Below are positions 44,244 to 56,164 of a DNA stretch of 64,000 bases, piece after piece; position 1 is the first letter of the stretch; each line of letters opens with the position of its first letter. The stretch comes from an uncultured Candidatus Saccharibacteria bacterium (lineage in GTDB: Bacteria; Patescibacteriota; Minisyncoccia; Phycocordibacterales; SBAW01), in assembly GCA_964420015.1 (NCBI GenBank), contig CAYQPO010000002.1, positions 74,121 to 138,120 of the forward strand. Direction: 5' to 3'. A program made the position numbers and the translations under genes. The notes below the pieces were generated by a model. That model did no database searches. It was not told the DNA's origin and saw only the letters and a program-made list of their open reading frames with translations.

Positions 44244-46127
44244 CTACATCCCCAAGACCACCGGGATCACGAGTGGGCGTTTGTTAGTTTTCTCAAAGAG
44301 GAAGCGTGCAACTGCATCGGTGACGTTTGTTTTGGCCATGTCGAAGTTGATTGGGTTTTGATTGCGGGTAGAGTCCTCGATCGTCTTTTTTACAATGATG
44401 CGGGCTTGCTGCAGGAGCTCTTGGTTCTCGCGCAGGTATACAAAGCCGCGAGAAATAATGTCTGGGCTTTTGCGGAGTTTTCCAGTCTTGGGATTGACTG
44501 TTGCGATGATCACAAACATGCCCTCTTGGGCGAGCACAGTCCTGTCGCGGATCACCACTTCTTGAATGTCCCCAATAGAGAAGCCATCTACCAAGCGCAA
44601 AGAATTGGGGGCCGACTCTTTGAGCCGCACAAGCTTTTGCCCTTCGTCTTGGATCTCAATCACCGTGCCGTTGTCGGGCACTACGATCTCATCTTCTTGT
44701 CTGCCACAGGCTTTGGCGATGTCTGCGTGGACGCGCAGCATGTAGTGGTAGCCGTGCAGCGGCATAAAGAAGCGCGGGTTTATCTTGCTATGGATCCAAA
44801 AGGTCTCATCGCGGTTGGCGTGGCCCGAGGCGTGCACGTCCATTTGCTCGCGGTGGATGATGCGTGCGCCTTGGCGAGAAAGGTTATCTTTGAGTTTTTG
44901 TACCGCTCTTTCGTTGCCGGGTATTACCGAAGAGGAGAGCACGATCGTGTCGCCCTTTTTAATCTTGACGTATTTGTGCGTCTTCATGGCGATCCGCATG
45001 AGCGCGGCAAACTCATCGCCTTGTGCACCGGTCGCAAGAATAAGTACCTTGGTGTCGGGGAGTTGCTCAAGCTGTTCGGGGCCGATAAAGGTTTTTTCTT
45101 GCACCTTGAGCAGCCCTAAGTGCTTGACGATCTCAATGTTGACCTTCATTGAGCGGCCCTCAACCAAAATCTTGCGCCCTACCTTTTCGGCGCTCTCGAT
45201 GATGCGCATCAGACGCTCAAGTTGTGAGGAGAAGGTCCCGATGATGAGCCGGCCGGGGGTAGTCTTGATGACCTCATCCATGGTTTTGGTGACTACGCGC
45301 TCGGGGATAGAAAAGCCGGGCTTTTCACAATTAGTCGAGTCGGCGGCCAAAAAGAGTACTTTTTTATTTTTAAAGAAGGCAAACTCTTTTTCCTCGGCCT
45401 CGGTGGGTACGCCATCGACGTGGTCGAGCTTAAGATCGCCGGTAAACACCACTAACCCGTGTGGTGTCTCGATGATGATGCCCATCGAGTCGGGAATGGT
45501 GTGCGTTACTTCAAAAAAGCGTACGCGCAAGTCGCCTACCTTAATAGTGTCCTCCTTCTCGACCTCGTGGATGTCGAGGGGCTTGAGGTTGGGGAACTCC
45601 TCTTGGCGCTTGCGGATCATCACCGCGGTTAATTTGCGGGTGTAGATCGGCGGGTAGCCCATGCGATCGATGCAGTAGGGGATGCCGCCAATGTGGTCGA
45701 GATGGCCGTGGGTGATAAAGAGCGCGCGCATCCTGTCGCGACGCTCTTCGATGTATTTGGTGTTGGGCAAAATGTAGTCGATTCCTGGCGTGTTGTCCTC
45801 GCGAAATTGAAACCCGCAGTCGATCGCAATGATATCGTCGCCATATTCGACCAGGGTCATATTCCGGCCGATTTCCTCTACGCCTCCGAGTGGAATGATG
45901 CGGATGTTGCCTTCCTGCAGCGGTGGGATGGGCTTCTCGTCGCCGTTTAGGGTCGGCGTCACATCGGGGATTCCGCGCATTGGGTGCGGCTGATGGGGTT
46001 TTGGTCCGCCGTGGCGGACGCGGCCGCGGCCGTGCGAGCGTAGGGCGCCCCCGCGCCCCACGCCACGAAAGCCCCTGTTTTTGCCCCCACCTGGTCTTGC
46101 GGATGCGGGTATTTTTGGTTGATCCAT
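44244..46127 (-). CDS. rnj: Ribonuclease J
   Basis: PLGG.EEIG.N, THGHLDHIG, FTGD.K, DSTN, H.SGH, P.HG; Arg/Gly-rich N-terminal extension. Confidence 0.95.
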   Translation of the reverse strand: MDQPKIPASARPGGGKNRGFRGVGRGGALRSHGRGRVRHGGPKPHQPHPMRGIPDVTPTLNGDEKPIPPLQEGNIRIIPLGGVEEIGRNMTLVEYGDDIIAIDCGFQFREDNTPGIDYILPNTKYIEERRDRMRALFITHGHLDHIGGIPYCIDRMGYPPIYTRKLTAVMIRKRQEEFPNLKPLDIHEVEKEDTIKVGDLRVRFFEVTHTIPDSMGIIIETPHGLVVFTGDLKLDHVDGVPTEAEEKEFAFFKNKKVLFLAADSTNCEKPGFSIPERVVTKTMDEVIKTTPGRLIIGTFSSQLERLMRIIESAEKVGRKILVEGRSMKVNIEIVKHLGLLKVQEKTFIGPEQLEQLPDTKVLILATGAQGDEFAALMRIAMKTHKYVKIKKGDTIVLSSSVIPGNERAVQKLKDNLSRQGARIIHREQMDVHASGHANRDETFWIHSKINPRFFMPLHGYHYMLRVHADIAKACGRQEDEIVVPDNGTVIEIQDEGQKLVRLKESAPNSLRLVDGFSIGDIQEVVIRDRTVLAQEGMFVIIATVNPKTGKLRKSPDIISRGFVYLRENQELLQQARIIVKKTIEDSTRNQNPINFDMAKTNVTDAVARFLFEKTNKRPLVIPVVLGM

Positions 46128-46136
46128 AAAGATTAA

Positions 46137-47898
46137 TTACTGAGTAGTACGTACAAACCACGGCCATACTCGCTCCTGCTCCCGGTGCCACTGCGGGATG
46201 CTCAAAAAGCGATCGCTTGGGGTCTCGATAAAACCCAAATCAACACCCGAGATGTCGTTAGGGATACTATACACGAAGTTGGGCGCATAGAGAAATACGG
46301 CAGGAATATCTTTGTTCAACTCTCCCACGAGCGTGGTGAGGAGCTGTTGGCGTTCTTCTTTGTTGTCGGTGGTGCGAAGCGAAGTGAGCGCTTTGTCGGC
46401 TACCGCGTTGGCGTAGCCTGCAATATTGAGACCCGGGTCGTTGCGCTGACTCGAGTTCCAAAATGCGAACAGGTCAAGCTCGCGACCTACCACCTCGCCA
46501 AAAAGGAGCGCGTCGTACTTACGCGGGCGGATCACGTTTTGTGCTAGGTCGCCCTGCTCAAAGATCTTTACATTTACCCGCGCGCCCACTTTGCCCCATA
46601 CTATGCGCAAGTACTCGGCCGCTGCTCTAAGCTCGGGCACGTCGGCAGTTGCGAGATCAAACGTCAGCGGTACGGTAGTGGCTTTGCTGCCGGTGCCAGA
46701 GGTTTTTTGTAGGATGCCGTCGGGGCCCTCCTTCCACCCCGCGTCAAGCAGACTCTGACGCGCCGCCGAAATAAGTGCGTCTTGACTTGAGCTCGCTTGA
46801 CCTGTGGCGGGTGCAAGCAGAGTAGGCGGCACGGGGGTGGTAAGCGGTGTGCCGAAACCCCCTAAGACCTGGTCGACCAGCGCTTGGCGCTCAATCGAGG
46901 AGTTGAGCGCTGCTCGTGCGGTTTTGTCGCGCAGGACCACCGACTGATTTTGGTTGAAAAAAACTCCAAACACGCGGTTAAGTGGCGCGGTTTTAATGCT
47001 GCTGGTGTTCAGCTGTGTGAGGTTGGCTGGCGAGATGCCGCTCCCCGAGTCGACGTCGCCGCGCTGTAGTGCGCTGATCAGATCATTTTCGCTCGAGTAA
47101 AAATGGAACACTACTGCATCGAGATAAGGTTGGCCAAGTGCGTAGTTTTTAAACGAATGCAGCGTGTAGACTTGCGGGATCCCCGAGGAGCTGCGCGAGA
47201 CACCACGGAGCATATAGGGCCCCGAGCCGACCGGCTCTTGGTTGAGGTTAGAGAAGGGGAACTCTTCGTCCGAGACACCCTGCCAGAGTTCTTTGGGCAA
47301 GATACCCACGGTGAGATTTTCGATAAATGGAGCGTAGGGTTGTTTGAGGAGGAATTGTACTGTGTGCGCGTCGAGCGCTGAGACTTGCACGCCGTCCCAG
47401 TTGGCGCGCAGCGGCGACTTGAGTGCGGGGTCTTGAGCCTTTTGCACCGTATAGAGTACGTCGTCTGCCTCGACTGGAGAGCCGTCATGAAAGGTCGCAT
47501 CGGGTCGCAGCACAAAAGTGTAGGTCCTACCGTCGGGGGAGACTGAGTACTCTTTAGCCAAATCGGGTTCGTAGCTGCCTTCGGGGGTAGCGCGCAAAAG
47601 CCCTGAGTACACAAGGGCGACCGTGTCGCGGTCGGCGTCTGAGATTGCGAGAATAGGATTGATGAAGCGAGGGCTGCCGATGACCCCTTCGTCTAAACTA
47701 CCGCCATAAGCGGGAGTGCTTACAACCAAATTTTGCTCAAGTAAGTAGAGGAGCCCTGCGGAGCTAACGACAAGCAAGGCACTAAAAACTAAAAAGAGCG
47801 TTCGGCCGCCGCGACCGAGCTGCAAAACAGTTTCTTGAGCGGTGTCTAAAAACGAGACACGCATGTTGCGCTGCAGGCTCTGCCAGAGATTTTTCATT
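46137..47898 (-). CDS. ABC transporter substrate-binding protein (family 5)
   Basis: PDLA..Y.VS.DG.TYTF.LR....FHDG.P..ADDV, PVGSGPY. Confidence 0.9.
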
Positions 47899-47969
47899 CT
47901 AGGATAAATGTAATTGCAAACAGAAGACAAAAAACGCGGAGGCGTTTGTGGTCTTGTGTCTGAGATCAG

Positions 47970-48200
47970 CTATTTCAAGACGAGTGCCACAAAAGCGCTC
48001 GCAGCAAACAGTACGCCGAAGATGACGGTCGCCCAAAACAAGTAGAGCTCCGAGCCGCGGCGCGTGTGGTAGCCGGCAGAGAAATTGTCACCACCAAAGG
48101 CCCCACCGAGTGAGGCGCCCGTTTGTTGCAAGAGCACGCAGGCCACCAAAAGGACCGCGAGCACTACTTGGATATAGGGCAGAGCCCCTACGAACGTCAT
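47970..48200 (-). CDS. secG: Preprotein translocase subunit SecG
   Basis: LL...VLLQ..G..LGGAFGG......TRRG.E..L...T. Confidence 0.9.
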   Translation of the reverse strand: MTFVGALPYIQVVLAVLLVACVLLQQTGASLGGAFGGDNFSAGYHTRRGSELYLFWATVIFGVLFAASAFVALVLK

Positions 48201-48278
48201 TAGAGGGCAGTATACAAAAACCCCGTCCCAACCGCAAGCGGCTAAGACGGGGTTCTGCATTTCGGCGCTCGGCGCGGG

Positions 48279-48812
48279 TTAGCGCCGGGCGTAGCGGTGG
48301 CGGGCCTTTTTCTTGGCCTGCCGCTCGGTCGAGCAACGCCAGAAGGCCTGACCGCTGACCGGCAGTTTGAAGTGCAGGTTCGCCGGCCGGCCGGTCACTG
48401 CGACCGTGACGAGGCAGAGGTCGATGATATCGAGCTTTGCCTGCTCTGCCGACGGCAGTTCGGCGAACCGCGAGCCGCCATGATGGTAGCTCTGGTAGCT
48501 CGGTTGCGGCCCAGTGAGGGACGCCCAGTTGCCGTTTTGGTCGACGAGCGACGAGCGGTTGTGATAGCCAGAGCTCGGCTGCAGCCCGGCTGACGGTGGA
48601 TGGTCAGTCAGGTCGATGACATAGGCGCCGTCATTGCCCTGCAGTCTGACCGGTGCATAACTGTCGGCGACGCTCGGCATCACCGGCTGCTGTTTGGCGA
48701 CGATCTGGTAGTTCTTGTTAAGACCTTCGACGGTTGCCAGCGTGGCTGCGCCGAAGGCCGTCGAGAGGAGGATTGTCAAAGTAAAATGTCCTCTCGAAAT
48801 ACTCATCATCAT
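48279..48812 (-). CDS. Hypothetical protein
   Basis: AAAGGAG RBS, N-terminal hydrophobic segment, downstream hairpin at 48217-48254. Confidence 0.55.
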   Translation of the reverse strand: MMMSISRGHFTLTILLSTAFGAATLATVEGLNKNYQIVAKQQPVMPSVADSYAPVRLQGNDGAYVIDLTDHPPSAGLQPSSGYHNRSSLVDQNGNWASLTGPQPSYQSYHHGGSRFAELPSAEQAKLDIIDLCLVTVAVTGRPANLHFKLPVSGQAFWRCSTERQAKKKARHRYARR

Positions 48813-48943
48813 TTCGTTGCTCCTTTGTTTTGCCGCGGGATTGCGGCAGCAGTTACCGTCTGCAACTATATACCATAAGTACCGTTTTGTCAATAGCTAG
48901 AAACCTTGACCCAGCAGAGCTTTTTGGCTAGATTTTATGGACT

Positions 48944-49300
48944 ATGGCAAAGAAAAAAGCTAAGAAACAGGGGAAAAAAGCCGCCAAATCTAGTGCGAAA
49001 GCAAGCAAAAAAGCTATGCTTGGACAACCCTACGGCGACCGCGTGTTGGTTAAGCCGACCGCGGCTGAAGAGATGACCAGCTTTGGCCTCATCATCCCCG
49101 ACAACTCTAAAGAAAAGCCCGAGCAGGGCGTGGTGGTAGCCATCGGCCCAGGGAAGAAAAACGACGAAGGCAAACTGATCCCGGTTGGGGTCAAGGTGGG
49201 CGACAAGATTATGTTTAGCAAATATGGATACGATGAGGTCAAAATCAACGGCAGCGAATATTATCTAATCCGCGAAGAGAGCATTACCTACGTTTTCTAA
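48944..49300 (+). CDS. groES: Co-chaperonin GroES with Lys/Ala-rich N-terminal extension
   Basis: P.GDRVLVK, G.IIPD..KEKP..G.VVA.GPG, VKVGD.I.FSKY. Confidence 0.93.
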   Translation: MAKKKAKKQGKKAAKSSAKASKKAMLGQPYGDRVLVKPTAAEEMTSFGLIIPDNSKEKPEQGVVVAIGPGKKNDEGKLIPVGVKVGDKIMFSKYGYDEVKINGSEYYLIREESITYVF

Positions 49301-49315
49301 TTTTCTGATTTCTAG

Positions 49316-50956
<1,641 letters not shown>

Positions 50957-50958
50957 CC

Positions 50959-50978
50959 CCGGCCTGCCGGCAAGCAGG
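50959..50978. repeat. 20-bp palindromic element, copy 1
   Basis: CCGGCCTGCCGGCAAGCAGG, 19/20 identical to 56191-56210. Confidence 0.75.
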
Positions 50979-51012
50979 CTTGCGCTCTTCGTAGAACTGC
51001 TATACTAACGGC

Positions 51013-51579
51013 ATGATTGTCCTCTCGATAATCGTCGCAGTTGCGATACTCTTTTTGCTCTGGGTGATCGCCTCGTACAACCACTTTGTGCGCATGGTAC
51101 AGCGCTCTAAAGAAGCGTGGGCCGACATCGACGTGCAGCTCAAGCGCCGCTACGATTTGATCCCCAACTTGGTTGAGACGGTCAAGGGATACGTCACCCA
51201 CGAAAGGCAGGCTTTTGAAAATGTTACCGCCGCGCGCGCTCGCGCGATGGACGCCGGTGGGATAGAGGAGAAGGGCAAGGCAGAGAATGCTCTGAGCAGC
51301 ACACTCAAGACACTCTTTGCAGTTGCCGAGGCCTATCCCGATCTTAAGGCCAATCAAAACTTTCTTGAGCTCCAGCGCGAGTTGACCGACACCGAGGACA
51401 AGATCCAGGCGGCGCGCCGCTTCTACAACGGCAATGTGCGCGACTTGAACACCGCCCTAGCGAGTTTCCCCGGCAGTCTTATTGCAGAACTCTTTCGGTT
51501 TGAACCGCGCGAGTTTTTTGAGCTTGGCGACTCGGCCGAGGATCAGGCTGCGCGCAATCCGGTTAAGGTGCAGTTCTAA
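51013..51579 (+). CDS. lemA: LemA family protein
   Basis: YN, W.DIDVQLKRR.DLIPNL, E.YPDLKA, RRFYN. Confidence 0.95.
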   Translation: MIVLSIIVAVAILFLLWVIASYNHFVRMVQRSKEAWADIDVQLKRRYDLIPNLVETVKGYVTHERQAFENVTAARARAMDAGGIEEKGKAENALSSTLKTLFAVAEAYPDLKANQNFLELQRELTDTEDKIQAARRFYNGNVRDLNTALASFPGSLIAELFRFEPREFFELGDSAEDQAARNPVKVQF

Positions 51580-51581
51580 CA

Positions 51582-52073
51582 ATGGCGGGCAACTACACGC
51601 TCTTTGAGGTAGTAATAACCGCCATCATCCAGCGCGAGGACAAAAAATATTTGGTGACCCGTCGCTCGATGAGCAAAAAGCGCTTCCCCGGCAACTGGAC
51701 CGTGCCCGGTGGTCACTTAGAGCCGGCTGACTTTATGAGCTATCCGAAAGACACCGAGCACTATTGGTACAATGTCTTGGAAAAGGCGCTGGTGCGAGAG
51801 ATAAAAGAGGAAGTGGGCGTCGATATTAAAAATGTCTGGTATCTGACTTCGCTTGCGACGGAGCACAAAGACGGCGCGGCCTCGATCGTGATCTCGTGTG
51901 TTGCCGACTATGTAGGCGGCGAAGTGAAGCTCCAAGTGGAGGAAAACGATGCATACGACTGGGTTTCTACCAAGGAGGCTGCCAGACTGCCGCTCATTGA
52001 CGGCATTCTCGACGAGTTTAAAATGGTCGATGCTATCCGCGCGGGCAAAGGCTACGAGTGGAAGCGCCACTAA
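51582..52073 (+). CDS. NUDIX hydrolase
   Basis: W.VPGG.LE...AL.REIKEE.G. Confidence 0.88.
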   Translation: MAGNYTLFEVVITAIIQREDKKYLVTRRSMSKKRFPGNWTVPGGHLEPADFMSYPKDTEHYWYNVLEKALVREIKEEVGVDIKNVWYLTSLATEHKDGAASIVISCVADYVGGEVKLQVEENDAYDWVSTKEAARLPLIDGILDEFKMVDAIRAGKGYEWKRH

Positions 52074-52960
52074 TGGCAACCCTCTACACCCACCAAGACG
52101 AAAATATCGCTAAGACCTGGATTTTGATGGCCGGGTTTTTTGGTGTGGTGGTGGCGATTGGCTGGGCGCTGAGCTACTACTTTAATAACCCGGGTATTTT
52201 GGTTTTTGCGGTGCTCTTTGCCTTAATCACCAACATCTGGGCATATTGGTCGTCAGACAAGGTGGTGATCGCTATGGCAGGGGCCAAACCTGCTGACGCC
52301 AAGGAGTATCCCGAGTTGCACACATTGGTCGAAAACCTAGCTATCACTGCGGGGCTCCCTAAACCAAAGCTCTACATCATCAACGACCCTGCACCCAACG
52401 CATTTGCCACGGGGCGCAATAAAGAGCACGCTGCGATCGCAGTCACCACGGGGCTTTTGCAGATGATGGATAAAAACGAACTCCAGGGCGTCCTCGCCCA
52501 CGAGCTCTCGCATGTGGGCAACCGCGACATGCTGGTCTCAACCATTGCGGTAGTGCTGGTGGGGTTTGTCACGCTTGCGAGCGACTTTTTTCTACGCAGT
52601 ACATTTTGGGGCGGGGGCAGAGATAGGGAAGAGCGGGGTAATCCTATCCTCATGATCGTTGCGGTCGTGTTGATTATTTTGGCGCCTATCGTAGCAACAC
52701 TCTTGCAGCTCGCAATCTCGCGCAAGCGCGAGTTTTTGGCCGATGCTTCGGGGGCGCTGCTCACGCGCTACCCCGAAGGGCTCGCGAATGCCTTGCGCAA
52801 AATAGGGAGCTACCAAGCGCCCATGCGCACGGCCAACAACGCGACCGCGCACCTCTACATCTCGAACCCCTTTGGCCCGCGCGCGGCTGCCTCGGGCATC
52901 GCAAGACTCTTTATGACCCACCCACCAATCGAGGAGCGGATCAAAGCGCTACTCAATTAG
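52073..52960 (+). CDS. htpX: Zinc metalloprotease HtpX (M48)
   Basis: PNAFATG, HELSH, SR.RE..AD, F.THPP..ERI. Confidence 0.94.
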   Translation: MATLYTHQDENIAKTWILMAGFFGVVVAIGWALSYYFNNPGILVFAVLFALITNIWAYWSSDKVVIAMAGAKPADAKEYPELHTLVENLAITAGLPKPKLYIINDPAPNAFATGRNKEHAAIAVTTGLLQMMDKNELQGVLAHELSHVGNRDMLVSTIAVVLVGFVTLASDFFLRSTFWGGGRDREERGNPILMIVAVVLIILAPIVATLLQLAISRKREFLADASGALLTRYPEGLANALRKIGSYQAPMRTANNATAHLYISNPFGPRAAASGIARLFMTHPPIEERIKALLN

Positions 52961-52994
52961 CCTCAAAAATGGACGGACAGCTCCTCTGAGTGCA

Positions 52995-53210
52995 CTAAGA
53001 AAAATCTTCGGATGCAAGCTGTGATTGCCGCAGGATTGAGCGGAAAGTGCCATAAGGAATCTCTTTTTTGTTTGCGGGCACAATGGCCGTAAGCGTCGCG
53101 TTACCGCTCATCTTGCGGTATTTTATGTGACTTCCCTTTTGTGAGACAAAATAAAAGCCGTTCCTTTCGAGAACGGAGATAACTCGGTTCGAGGAATGCA
53201 ACCTCGGCAT
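52995..53210 (-). CDS. hicA: HicA family toxin
   Basis: L...GF....QKGSH, VP...KEI..GT..SI.RQ. Confidence 0.88.
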   Translation of the reverse strand: MPRLHSSNRVISVLERNGFYFVSQKGSHIKYRKMSGNATLTAIVPANKKEIPYGTFRSILRQSQLASEDFS

Positions 53211-53213
53211 GGT

Positions 53214-53417
53214 CTAGAGCGAGACAATTTCTGGCTCCTCTACCGAAGAGGCGGAATCTTTTGGCGCATCTTCGAAATAGAGCTCGAGTGCCTCCTTAAG
53301 GTTGGCAAGAGCCTCTTTTTTAGTATTGCCAAAACTGGAGACATCCACATTCAAAGATTGAGCAACGTAATGTTTACCCTCTCTCCACACAACATTTTTA
53401 AGCTCCGCAATGGTCAT
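53214..53417 (-). CDS. hicB: Short HicB family antitoxin
   Basis: E...YVA.....DVSSFG.T..EAL.NLKEALELY.E. Confidence 0.88.
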   Translation of the reverse strand: MTIAELKNVVWREGKHYVAQSLNVDVSSFGNTKKEALANLKEALELYFEDAPKDSASSVEEPEIVSL

Positions 53418-53494
53418 ACGGCTAGTATAGCATATTGCTTGATCCTTACTCCAATCTTGAGAAAAAAGCAATCTTAGAGCAATATAGCAAGATT

Positions 53495-53579
53495 GGAGGC
53501 GTCGCATAGTGGTCTAGTGCACCGCCTTGGAAAGGCGGCATACCGCAAGGTATCGTGAGTTCGAATCTCACCGCCTCCG
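53495..53579 (+). tRNA. tRNA-Ser(GGA), no encoded CCA
   Basis: GGAGGCG/CGCCTCC acceptor, CCGCC-TTGGAAA-GGCGG anticodon arm, long variable arm, GTTCGAAT. Confidence 0.95.
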
Positions 53580-53693
53580 CAGGATTGAGCACGGTGTTTT
53601 GCGACCGATGCCCTATGGCGGTTGTGCGATCGATCGTAACGTCGGTGTTGGTAAGTTGCTTCGAAACCGGGAAGCTGTATTAAAGTTAGGGTT

Positions 53694-54470
53694 ATGAGTA
53701 GGGTCAATTTCATGTTTCTCGGCTCTTGGCTGCTGTTGCCGCCGATTGTCTTGATTGCTCTCCATGGTAATTTCTTAATTTCCATACTCCTGTACCTGAT
53801 GCTTCCGAGTATTTACTTTTCTGTAAAAAAACCAGAAATAATTCCCAGAGCGTCAAGCATGTCAATCGTGGCAACGCTGATAGGTTTCGTATTGGATTGG
53901 ATGGCGTTTTTCAACCACGCCTGGACAGTTTCGACCCTGTTTTCATTCAGAATCTTACACCTAGTGCCAGTTGAAGATTTCCTGTTTATATTTTTCGCCG
54001 CATACGTAGTAATCGCAGGCACCCATTTTTACTACCCCCAATTAAGCCCGAGAAAATTGGACGCGAAACGCTTCAAAAAAACAGGCACAGCCGTCTTTCT
54101 TTGCTTCCTGCTTTTTCTTGTAATTCAAGCAACCAAGCGGGACTTGCTATTGATTCCGTACTACGATGCGTGGTTGCTCTCCATAGCATTTATAATTCCA
54201 AGCGCGTTATTTCTTGCTTCTCATCCCTCGTCCTATACGCCATTACTCTTTATTGTCGGATTTCAGTTGGTCGCAATGCTCCCGTACGAACTTATTGCTG
54301 ACGCGCTTGGTTTTTGGACGTTCCCCGCGACTGACTACGTGGGGATGATCCACCTTTTGGGCCAGACATTTCCTACAGAGGAGTTTTTAGAATGGATGAT
54401 TTTCATGGTGCCTGCAGTCCTTGGCTTCAACTTGTTACTAGGAGGAAATTCAACAAGACACCCGCGCTAA
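53694..54470 (+). CDS. Membrane protein with two lycopene-cyclase-like domains
   Basis: D......W.......VPVEDFLF and E......W.F.......G..FP.EEF repeats. Confidence 0.65.
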   Translation: MSRVNFMFLGSWLLLPPIVLIALHGNFLISILLYLMLPSIYFSVKKPEIIPRASSMSIVATLIGFVLDWMAFFNHAWTVSTLFSFRILHLVPVEDFLFIFFAAYVVIAGTHFYYPQLSPRKLDAKRFKKTGTAVFLCFLLFLVIQATKRDLLLIPYYDAWLLSIAFIIPSALFLASHPSSYTPLLFIVGFQLVAMLPYELIADALGFWTFPATDYVGMIHLLGQTFPTEEFLEWMIFMVPAVLGFNLLLGGNSTRHPR

Positions 54471-54495
54471 TTGCGACCGTTCCCCCTCATTTTGC

Positions 54496-54512
54496 TGAGT
54501 TCGAAACTCGCC
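54496..54512 (+). repeat. Degenerate copy of the tRNA-Ser T arm
   Basis: TGAGTTCGAAACTCGCC versus TGAGTTCGAATCTCACC (53556-53572), 15/17. Confidence 0.65.
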
Positions 54513-54714
54513 AGAAAACGCTTGTAATACTTGGCGGGCTTTGGTTCTAGACCGACCCTGCCCGCCAAACGGGTTTTTCTGGAGCGCTACCAAAAACGGG
54601 CACAAAAATCGGCTTGTTCCACTTGTCTCGGATAACTTGACAGAGTAGTATTTTGAATGTACACTGCAGGCAGGTTCAACATCCACTGACAAGCGCTGAA
54701 AGGACGCTCAAACC

Positions 54715-55113
54715 ATGATCGATTGCACCACTGAGGACGAGGAATCCTCTGATAAGGAAAACATTCAGAACTTCTTCGTTGGGGGGTTAATGCTCACATT
54801 GCCGTACCTCTTCGTCTGGTATTTGATAAAGGGCGGCAACTTCTTGACCACCTACATCTGGTATCTTGATGTGGCGCTGTATGCGGGTGGTGTCATCAGC
54901 GTTCTGACTGCCATCGCGCTCGCAGCCAAGAAGCGCTTTCCCGCGCTTTTTGAAAACCCGCCGAAATCGCCAGAATGGCTCGGCTTCGCAAGCGCAGGGG
55001 TTGCAGTCGTCGTGTCAACCGTCGGGGGATTCCTTGATGGCTGGCAAACGGGCCTGCTTCTCTTTTGGCCGTCTACCTTCTTCACTGCGTGTCTAATCGG
55101 TGGCTTTCACTGA
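54715..55113 (+). CDS. Hypothetical membrane protein
   Basis: AAAGGA RBS, 4 TM segments. Confidence 0.6.
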   Translation: MIDCTTEDEESSDKENIQNFFVGGLMLTLPYLFVWYLIKGGNFLTTYIWYLDVALYAGGVISVLTAIALAAKKRFPALFENPPKSPEWLGFASAGVAVVVSTVGGFLDGWQTGLLLFWPSTFFTACLIGGFH

Positions 55114-55330
55114 TTGGCATATCAGGTAAAGCGTTGGTGGCTGAACTGGCGCGCATGAAATAGAACCGCCTGTCGCAGAAACCGTCTTAATGGTCTCTCG
55201 GCGAGGCGGTTTTCTGTTTGACATAGAATATGTGTTTCTAAGCGGGTATCAAAAACTAAGCCCCTGCCTCCGCCAGCTTTTTGCTATACTTAAGCTAGGT
55301 AGTTTTTATTATTTGTTTAGCAAGATTTTT

Positions 55331-55750
55331 ATGGAGATAAATTATGTCGCGGTGCTGGTTGCTGCGGTCGTGTGCTACTTAGTGGGCTGGGCGTGGTACT
55401 CGCCCTTGTTGTTTGTAAAGCCGTGGCTGCGCGCGCGGGGCAAAGACGCCGATGCGGTGATGGCTCAAATGAAGAACATGCAGATGCCGATGGACAAGAT
55501 GCTCATTGAGCTCGTGACCACGGTGGTCTTTGCCTTTTTAGTTGGACACATAACGGTCGTCTGGTTTGGAGTTGCCACAATACAGAGCGCGATTCATCTT
55601 AGTTTGTGGTTGTGGGTTACCTTCTTTGCCGTGCCGCTTATTGGCGCAGTGATGTGGGAAGACATGCGCTGGCAGCATTTTGCCATTACTGCGGGGCGCT
55701 GGCTGGTGAGTCTGCTTATCATCACCATCATCACGGGGCTTTGGCACTAG
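55331..55750 (+). CDS. DUF1761 membrane protein
   Basis: INY.AV.VAA.....G..WYSP.LF...W. Confidence 0.85.
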   Translation: MEINYVAVLVAAVVCYLVGWAWYSPLLFVKPWLRARGKDADAVMAQMKNMQMPMDKMLIELVTTVVFAFLVGHITVVWFGVATIQSAIHLSLWLWVTFFAVPLIGAVMWEDMRWQHFAITAGRWLVSLLIITIITGLWH

Positions 55751-56127
55751 CGCCCACTCCGCAGCAGCTAGTGCGCCGTGCAATCCAAATCGGGGGGACC
55801 ACAGTCACGGTGGAGGTCGCTCAAACTGAGCGCTCGCGCGAGCAGGGGCTCTCGGGTCGCGCCAGCTTAAACTCAAACAGTGGCATGCTGTTTGTGTTCG
55901 ACACGCCGGGGCAGTGGGGGATCTGGATGAAGGAGATGCGTTTCTCGCTCGACATTATTTGGCTCGATGCCCAAGGTACGGTTGTTAGTGCCGACGAACG
56001 AGTCTCACCCGAGACGTATCCAGAGGTGTTTTATCCAACCGAGCTCGCCAGTTTTGTGGTAGAGCTCCCCGTAGGCTTTTTAGCTGAGCATGGGGTTGGT
56101 GTCGGGAGTAGAGTTGATTTTAGGTAG
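55741..56127 (+). CDS. DUF192 protein
   Basis: VEVA.T...R..GL..R..L....GMLF.F, WMK.M.F.LDI.W, V.ELP.G; the start is uncertain. Confidence 0.82.
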   Translation: MALAPTPQQLVRRAIQIGGTTVTVEVAQTERSREQGLSGRASLNSNSGMLFVFDTPGQWGIWMKEMRFSLDIIWLDAQGTVVSADERVSPETYPEVFYPTELASFVVELPVGFLAEHGVGVGSRVDFR

Positions 56128-56164
56128 GAGAAAACCCCGGTTTACCGGGGTCTTCTCGTTCTGC

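Noticed and set aside
44214-45645. Long plus-strand ORFs (301 and 286 aa)
   Set aside because: They are antisense shadows of RNase J.
48894-48943. CIRCE element upstream of groES
   Set aside because: TTAGCACTC-N9-GAGTGCTAA is not present.
55606-55750. Frameshift fusion of DUF1761 and DUF192
   Set aside because: DUF1761 ends at a normal-looking C-terminus and no slippery site is evident; an overlapping TTG/GTG start is the simpler explanation.
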